Source: Eremomyces bilateralis CBS 781.70 (lineage: Eukaryota). Taken from it: a stretch of 64,000 bases of DNA. A program made the translations under genes and the position numbers. The stretch is taken from the NCBI GenBank assembly GCA_010015585.1, contig ML975151.1; one strand, written 5' to 3'. The notes beneath the pieces are model-generated. The model worked only from the letters and a program-made list of their open reading frames with translations, was not told the DNA's origin and did not search any database. This document shows positions 57,839-64,000 of this stretch, piece after piece. Each line of letters opens with the position of its first letter. The stretch's first letter is position 1.

Positions 57839-59781
57839 TCAAGAGCGTTCACCTCGCCGAGGAGAACCAAGAAGCGGGTGCTCCGACGCCTGCCATTCCG
57901 GCGACAACGCCCCCGAAGAAATCGGCGACGGCTCCCCAAAACTCATACTCCTCGCACGCTCCCCGATTGACGCGGCCGAGCTCCTCCGTCGATGCGACGG
58001 ACCCAGTGACGGGCTGATCGCCGGCGGCGGCAAGGTCATGAAGTCCTCCCCCAGACTACCATGTCTCCCATCGTCCGGCGGCGTGATCAGCGGCCAGTTG
58101 GGGGTATTCTTCGCGGAGGTGGGCAGCGGGGAGAGTTCAGTGTCGGGGTCGCGGTCCCAGCCGTGCGACGTGCGGTAGTTGGCCATCTTCTCGTCTTCGC
58201 TGAGGCGGAAGACGTGGGCGCCGGGGCGCATGATGAGGTACATGGAAATGTAGGCAAAGAGTTGGAGGCCAAGGCAGATGCCGACGAGGGTGGGGTAGAG
58301 GGTGAGGCCGTAGTGTTTGCGCTCGTCGATGGGGTCGAGGATGACGTGGGCGTGGATGCCTAGGCTGTACACGGCGCTCCAGCACCAGCAGGTGTTGAAG
58401 AGACCGGTGCTGGAGAGGATGACGATGGTGAGGACGGAAAGTGAGATCATGGCATCTTTTGCTGTGGTGAGGTACCAATGATACTTTCCGCTAGCCACCA
58501 GTGAGAATACCCAAGTGAGGATAGGAGAAACCAAGAAGACAAGGCCGAGGCTGAGAACCCAAAGATTGCGACAACTGAGTCCGATAGTGGGTGTAATCCA
58601 AATAATAGCGAATGCACAGGAAACGGATGCCAGAACAGGCAAGGCAGCGAGAATTAGTAAGATGAACGGAGATCGGTCGCCTGGCGTATGGCTAGGCACC
58701 AGTTTCTTGTTCGGCCGGAAGCAATAAACTGCACCATTCCATGGTTGAGCATCAATGTAGTCGTCGGGCTGGGCCTTCTTATTCTTCCCGTGGAAGAACC
58801 AAGTCGACGTCCTGGCTTTGATTTTCGAAAACAGATGCTGATCGCGGTGACCCCGCTCTTTGACAGTCCGGTTGTAACGTTCGAGGATTCGCAGGCAAGT
58901 TCGTCTTGAGGAGAACCCCGAGAGAGTGTTGCTGAGCATCACGGAGTTAATGATGAAACTCAGGAACATGGCCTAGAATTGCTTTAGTTCTGTTGGACAG
59001 ACAACAAGGTATTGGAGTCACCCACAGTACCAATTCGGCCACCTGGTTGACTAGATGATGTGCCGCCAATCGAAGGCACGAATGCCGCGATGATGCTCCA
59101 CAGGTAGTTAAAGATCACCAACAGCGCTCGTAAGACCTCGTTCGTACGGCTGTCAACCAATTCGTCTGCCGTCTCGGCCAGGATGTGGTTCAAGTCGTCT
59201 CGACTGAGGGTATGGCCAGATTCACTGTGGATTTCTCGCAAAAGTGAGACGACACTCCCCATATCTCCCGTGAGCTCTTCAATCGCACACCAAATCACAG
59301 CCTGGGTTCCAGGGTTGGACGACGCGTCAGGACGTCCGTCGGAGTTCCATTGCGCCATGGAATAAAAACGACTCCAAACCTCAGCTTTGGTTAAAAGCGA
59401 CCACATAGCATCTATGGGGTCTCCAATGTGGTGGAAGATGATCAACACCCGATGTTTGAATCCAATGCGTGGAAGATGAATGTTTCCGATCATCAGCAAG
59501 ATCGGAATCAGCCATGTTAACAACCGTGGTCCGATATCGTCGTAGAATTCATCTCGCGAATGCGGGCATGATGTCTCGCACCCTAGGATTGTGAGTTGAA
59601 GATCGTCTCGCTGAGACAGATATGAAGTGCCATTGTAATAGAAGATGGGATCTGATGGAGAAAGCGTGCCGTTATCCAAACGCGCCTGTATATCGATGTT
59701 GCACTGTGCGAGATCGACAGTGGCGCTAGGCAGCGCATAGAACAAGAGAACCACCACAACGCTCTGGCGGAAACACAGCAT
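57839..59781 (-). CDS. Multi-pass membrane protein of unknown function, 2 exons
   Basis: Signal peptide, Cys-containing ectodomain, LLTWLIPILLMIGNI...HHIGDPIDAMWSLL, several TM helices, GLSCR, GLFNTCWCWS, P/S-rich tail; intron ~58974-59027. Confidence 0.75.
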
Positions 59782-61509
59782 GACTGGACAAAATCAACAG
59801 GTGGGGATGCAGACAAGAAAAGAAATAACGGTCAAGTAATGAATATCTTTCCTTATTTACGAAGTGGCGACCTATCATCGAAGGGGAATCGAGGACTGCT
59901 GCACGTACTCCTTACCAGATATGGGCGGCAGCCACTCGTCCAACTGCAAGTAGTTCGTCTGGAACATGATCGGGGGAATTATAATGCCAGCCCGTCGCGC
60001 GATGCATGTCTGATAGATTTAAAATAGCAGAAGTACTCGACAGTCGACACGAGTAGCGTTCTCATGCAGCCACACTCATGGTGTTTGAAACCTTCAATAA
60101 GTGAAACTGAAGCGAGGTTGAGGAAGAAATAAATGTGAGCCAATGAAAAAGGCATGAGGTGTGTCTCCATAGGCTGGCTCCGCGGCTGGGCCTGGAAGTA
60201 AATGCAGGGCATCGCCACTTCACCGGCCTCGTTGCTGTTGCGATTTCGTGGGGTAGTTGTGCTCAAAGTACAGAATACTGTCGTGATGTTATTCCGTACT
60301 CCGTCCTCGGTTCTCGACTTCTAGGGCCCTACTGCATGCAGAGCTCCATGGCGTCAGTAACGGATGCCCAGGATTGCTTCGCCTAGGTAGGTATATATAA
60401 ACTAGGAGCCTCGTATATTAAGACAGGAGATCCAAGGGTAACAACTAACAGGACTCGGCAAAATAAGGACTCAAGCTTGCCTGAAGGAATACAAACTGCC
60501 ACCCTCAACCTCAATGAGCTGTCGATGTGCGAGAGATATCAGAACATTTCGCATAAAGCCAGAACTTGAAAAGAAACCTAAACAGAAATAATGGATCGAC
60601 TGGTCCGATTACCAGCAGCCAATATGGGAACGCCTTGCAAGCAGATAGAACGACGGTCTGACGGGTCTGTGGGCAGTGCCCGGCACGAGCATGAGAAACT
60701 CCGGTTTTCAGTCCGAAGAACGGTGAAACATACTTTGTCTTCACTCTTCAGAAAGGGCTCACCACTGTGACCATACAGGATGCTTAAGAACAATCGAACG
60801 AACAAAAACGAGAAGAATATTTTGTAATTATAACTTCTTTTGCTTCGTCACTCTTGCAGGGGATCCATCATGCTGTGTCTTGAACTGCTACTAAGCATCA
60901 CACACTTGGGTATGATGTTGGTTATTATAGGCAAGGAAGACGATAACTGGGAGTATGAGTTAATAAGATACTGGTACAGTGTTACCAGTATTCTTATTAG
61001 GATGTCCGATGTTCCGATAGTGTATTGAAGATGCGTACAGTAGTCCGAAGGTAGTAAGTGTTGCGAGATGTTCAGGTGAGCCCATCACATGGCTTCACCA
61101 AATCCCAGCTTCTCCACACTTGACTTCGTGTTCTGCTTCCAATCAAGATGACTCTAATTCCTCCTTCATAATCACCAGACTTTCGTTCACCCTGCTGTTG
61201 ACTCTTCTATTCTCCTTTCCTATAACGATCCCTATGTTTATCTTAAATTGTGTGTAACTTGATCACTTCTCTCAACCACCATCCATTCCATCGGTCGCGA
61301 TACCCTCATTTCCTCGTCCGCGTGCGACCTCAACCTTACGGACCCTATTGTATAGGTGCTCTTTACCAGCTGTCGAACTGTTCTTGTGCTCAAACCACCA
61401 TTCATGAGCATATATATTCTACGAGCAACCCTTCAGTTGCAATAACCAACCCCTCTTCACTTCATTGCTTGTATTTCTACCTTACCCACTTCCATAGGAC
61501 CCTGCGATC

Positions 61510-62922
61510 ATGTCCTCCAATCCTCCAATCCTCCGTCCTCGCCCCCGTCGCCCTTTTGAACTCAACATGGAGAGTCCCTCCCCTTCTCCCTCCACATCAG
61601 AGTTCTCTTCAGCCAGGCCCCTCGAGTCAAACACCCAGAACTCCAGCGAGCAGGTCGCCCACTCCCCCACAAGTCCTTCCATCCTCTCAGGGTCCGATCG
61701 CAACCATGACGCAACTGACCCGCCGTCCCGCACCCGCTCCGTCATGAACCTCACCTCCTCCACCCTGGTCGGCATCTTCGGTCCATCGATTACCACGTCG
61801 GAAAGCATCGACGTGTCCGAGGCAGCAACACCGTGGAGCACCGGCGCAGAGACTCCCGCTCACAGAATGAGTGGATGGGACGACGACTCGGGGGGCGATC
61901 TCACGATGAGCTATAGCGGCGGACATGCTCCCGGTACGGAAGTCAACCCCGCGAGCCTACGCGACCGGCTGAGCCACATATCCTCGTGCAGACGGAGCGG
62001 CGCGTCAAGCTGGAAGGATTATTCGAGCGCCCGGAGCAGCACGAATGATAGAAGAGAGGAATACTTACGGACTACGAGACGCACATCCTTGGCAGGCCCA
62101 GGTGGAAGGACCCATAAAGTCTCGGCCTCCCGCCGTCTCTCGCTGTTCTTCCTCCGCACCACCGCGCTCTTCATCGTCGGTACGCTGTACGGATCCTTCA
62201 TCTCTCACCTACACGACAACCAGAACCTCACGCCAGTACCGATGTCCGCCCTCAATAGCCGCAGTTGGGCCTATCTTGCGTTCTGGGGGACGTGTGGGGT
62301 GCTTTGGGGCAAGCTACTACCGTGGGTAGACAGGTTATGGGCCGAGAAGCTCGGGAAGGATTGGGTCGGGAGATTGATGGAAAACTCCAGTGGGAGAGCC
62401 GGAGAGAGGGGGCAGTTGGGGTGGCCTGACTTCGTGCGGGGAGTGGGGGCTTTCGTTGGGATTGCATTCGCCATCGTAGGTTTATATTTGAATTTAGGGA
62501 AGGATGTTCAAGATGCTAACCCGCTGCAGCGCAAACTCCCATGGACATCCACCACTCAGGCATCCGTCACGCTCTCATTAGCGAATCCCGTCCTGTGGTA
62601 TCTCCTCGACCGCACCTCCGCAGGCCTCGCACTCTCCTCTGTCGTCGGCCTCGCCGGGACCGTGGTGCTCCTCCTCACCAACGCCCAGCTCGTCCCCGGT
62701 CCCACGTCGTCCTTCTCGCAATTCGGGAATTCATCCGCAACTTCAGCGATTGTAGGCGGCGGACTCATCCGTGGGAATGGGACGTTGGAATGGGCGAGCT
62801 GGAAAGATCGCGAACTCATCGGCGTCGCGACTTGGTTTTCTTCCGTTTTGTTCTGCAGTTGCGTCTGCTTTGGGAATGTGGGGCGTCTGGGACGGAAGTG
62901 GACAGCGGTGGGGAGGCAATGA
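61510..62922 (+). CDS. INSIG/Nsg-family sterol regulator, with a 54-nt in-frame intron (62476-62529)
   Basis: LYGSFISHLHDN...YLAFWG..GV.WG.LLPWVD...VRGVGAFVGIAFAI|RKLPW.ST.QAS.TL.LANPVLWYLLDRT...W..SVLFCSCVCFGNVGR. Confidence 0.9.
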   Translation: MSSNPPILRPRPRRPFELNMESPSPSPSTSEFSSARPLESNTQNSSEQVAHSPTSPSILSGSDRNHDATDPPSRTRSVMNLTSSTLVGIFGPSITTSESIDVSEAATPWSTGAETPAHRMSGWDDDSGGDLTMSYSGGHAPGTEVNPASLRDRLSHISSCRRSGASSWKDYSSARSSTNDRREEYLRTTRRTSLAGPGGRTHKVSASRRLSLFFLRTTALFIVGTLYGSFISHLHDNQNLTPVPMSALNSRSWAYLAFWGTCGVLWGKLLPWVDRLWAEKLGKDWVGRLMENSSGRAGERGQLGWPDFVRGVGAFVGIAFAIVGLYLNLGKDVQDANPLQRKLPWTSTTQASVTLSLANPVLWYLLDRTSAGLALSSVVGLAGTVVLLLTNAQLVPGPTSSFSQFGNSSATSAIVGGGLIRGNGTLEWASWKDRELIGVATWFSSVLFCSCVCFGNVGRLGRKWTAVGRQ

Positions 62923-63431
62923 AGGTTTGTCGCCGCTATAGTAATACCGTACCAGGTCGCTCGTAACGATTATGAACGTTGGGAGGTTTTAGTCTCCCTA
63001 ATATTCGCAAGCGCAGTTACATTCCTCGAGTCTTTAGCAACATCCAGCCTTCAGCCGGAAATCGCGCCATGGGATATACGTGGGCGTGTTTAAATCCGCC
63101 TCCCAAATTCATACGAGATGAAGGAGTTTCGGAGGAGAATCTCCCGATCGCATCCACAATTTACATCAAACATGCCGAAAGCGGAATTAGTCCGCTAGCC
63201 CCTTGCTTCTCCACGTGCATTCGGTTCATTTACGCCTCCATGGTTCCGACGATCACAAGCTTGGAAGAGGGGGGCATCAGACCATCGGCCGGCCTGGTCG
63301 TGTCCCAAAGAGTCGGAGTATCTCGAACTTCCAGTCTCCATCTTTCAACATGATGGATATGTAATTGTAAATTCGTAATATTTCCGGATTGTGTGAAGTT
63401 TAGGTCGTCGCCTTTCTCATGCTGCATGATC

Positions 63432-64000
63432 ATGGCCGACCAGGACCGCTTCGGGTCCTCAACGACTGGCGATGAAATTGTCGAAGCGTTCGCAAACGAG
63501 GTCAATGGGAAGACTTGTAAGTCAGAAGGATGGATCCACTACACCCCACCCCCTTGTTCGTCTACAAACATCCAGACATACATTAACATGCCCTCCAGTC
63601 CTCATCACCGGCGCCAGCGCCCACTCCCTCGGCGCCGAAACCGCCCTCTCCCTCGCCCGCAAAGGCACCCCCGCCCAACTCATCCTCCTCAGCCGTACCG
63701 AATCGCGCGTGACGCCCGTCCTCTCTCAAATCCAGCATCTCAACCCCCGCGTTCAAACCTTCTTCTTCCCCATCGACCTCAGCAGCCGCTCCTCGGTCCA
63801 CGCCGCCGCGGAGCGCGTGCTCGCCCATCCTCAGATCCAGCGCATCGATGTGTTGATCAACAACGCGGGGGTGATGGGCGTGCCGTATGCGCCGGCCGGG
63901 GAGTTTCGAGAGCGGGGTGGGAGGCCGGTGGAGATGCATTTGGCGGCGAATCATTTGGGACCGTTTTTGTTGACGGCGTTGGTTTTGGAGCGGATGAGGC
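63432..64000 (+). CDS. Short-chain dehydrogenase/reductase (retinol-dehydrogenase-like), runs off window; not in ORF track
   Basis: Spliced MADQDRFGSSTTGDEIVEAFANEVNGKTF|LITGASAHSLGAETA...IDLSS...IDVLINNAGVM...EMHLAANHLGPFLLT; intron GTAAGT 63517..CAG 63598. Confidence 0.88.
   Translation, partial: MADQDRFGSSTTGDEIVEAFANEVNGKTCKSEGWIHYTPPPCSSTNIQTYINMPSSPHHRRQRPLPRRRNRPLPRPQRHPRPTHPPQPYRIARDARPLSNPASQPPRSNLLLPHRPQQPLLGPRRRGARARPSSDPAHRCVDQQRGGDGRAVCAGRGVSRAGWEAGGDAFGGESFGTVFVDGVGFGADE

Noticed and set aside
1..64000. tRNA or rRNA genes
   Set aside because: None recognised by eye; tRNAscan-SE/Infernal would be needed to exclude them

Overview
Fungal (filamentous ascomycete) genomic DNA with short GT-AG introns and CTAAC/CTGAC-type branch sites. 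Layout: (1) 1-2.1 kb, the end of an ankyrin gene and a PTH11-like membrane protein. (2) 3.3-9.0 kb, a decayed mobile-DNA island with a Tc1/mariner relic, an internally deleted Mutator-like relic, a disrupted BAH-domain gene and a ~115-bp-arm inverted repeat. (3) 9.1-31.1 kb, a compact 11-gene cluster: MDR reductase, UaY/Ppr1-like Zn2Cys6 regulator, AtuA/DUF1446, old yellow enzyme, NtaA/DszA-type monooxygenase, MFS transporter, atypical alpha/beta-fold protein, NCS1 permease, flavin reductase-like protein, PuuE-type hydrolase and amidase. Its promoters share a CGG-N8-CCGA motif; it is the best candidate for an undescribed N-heterocycle catabolic regulon. (4) 32-46.7 kb, HET, C2H2, heme-oxygenase-like and BBE-like genes, an aromatic amino-acid decarboxylase with the Tyr->Phe aldehyde-synthase signature, and a 2OG dioxygenase. 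(5) 46.9-64 kb, mostly core genes: IMP4, UPF1, a SOD5-fold protein lacking all copper histidines, ceramidase, a frameshifted carboxylesterase, an unknown membrane protein, INSIG and a partial SDR. All family calls come from motif recognition by eye; no database searches were run.
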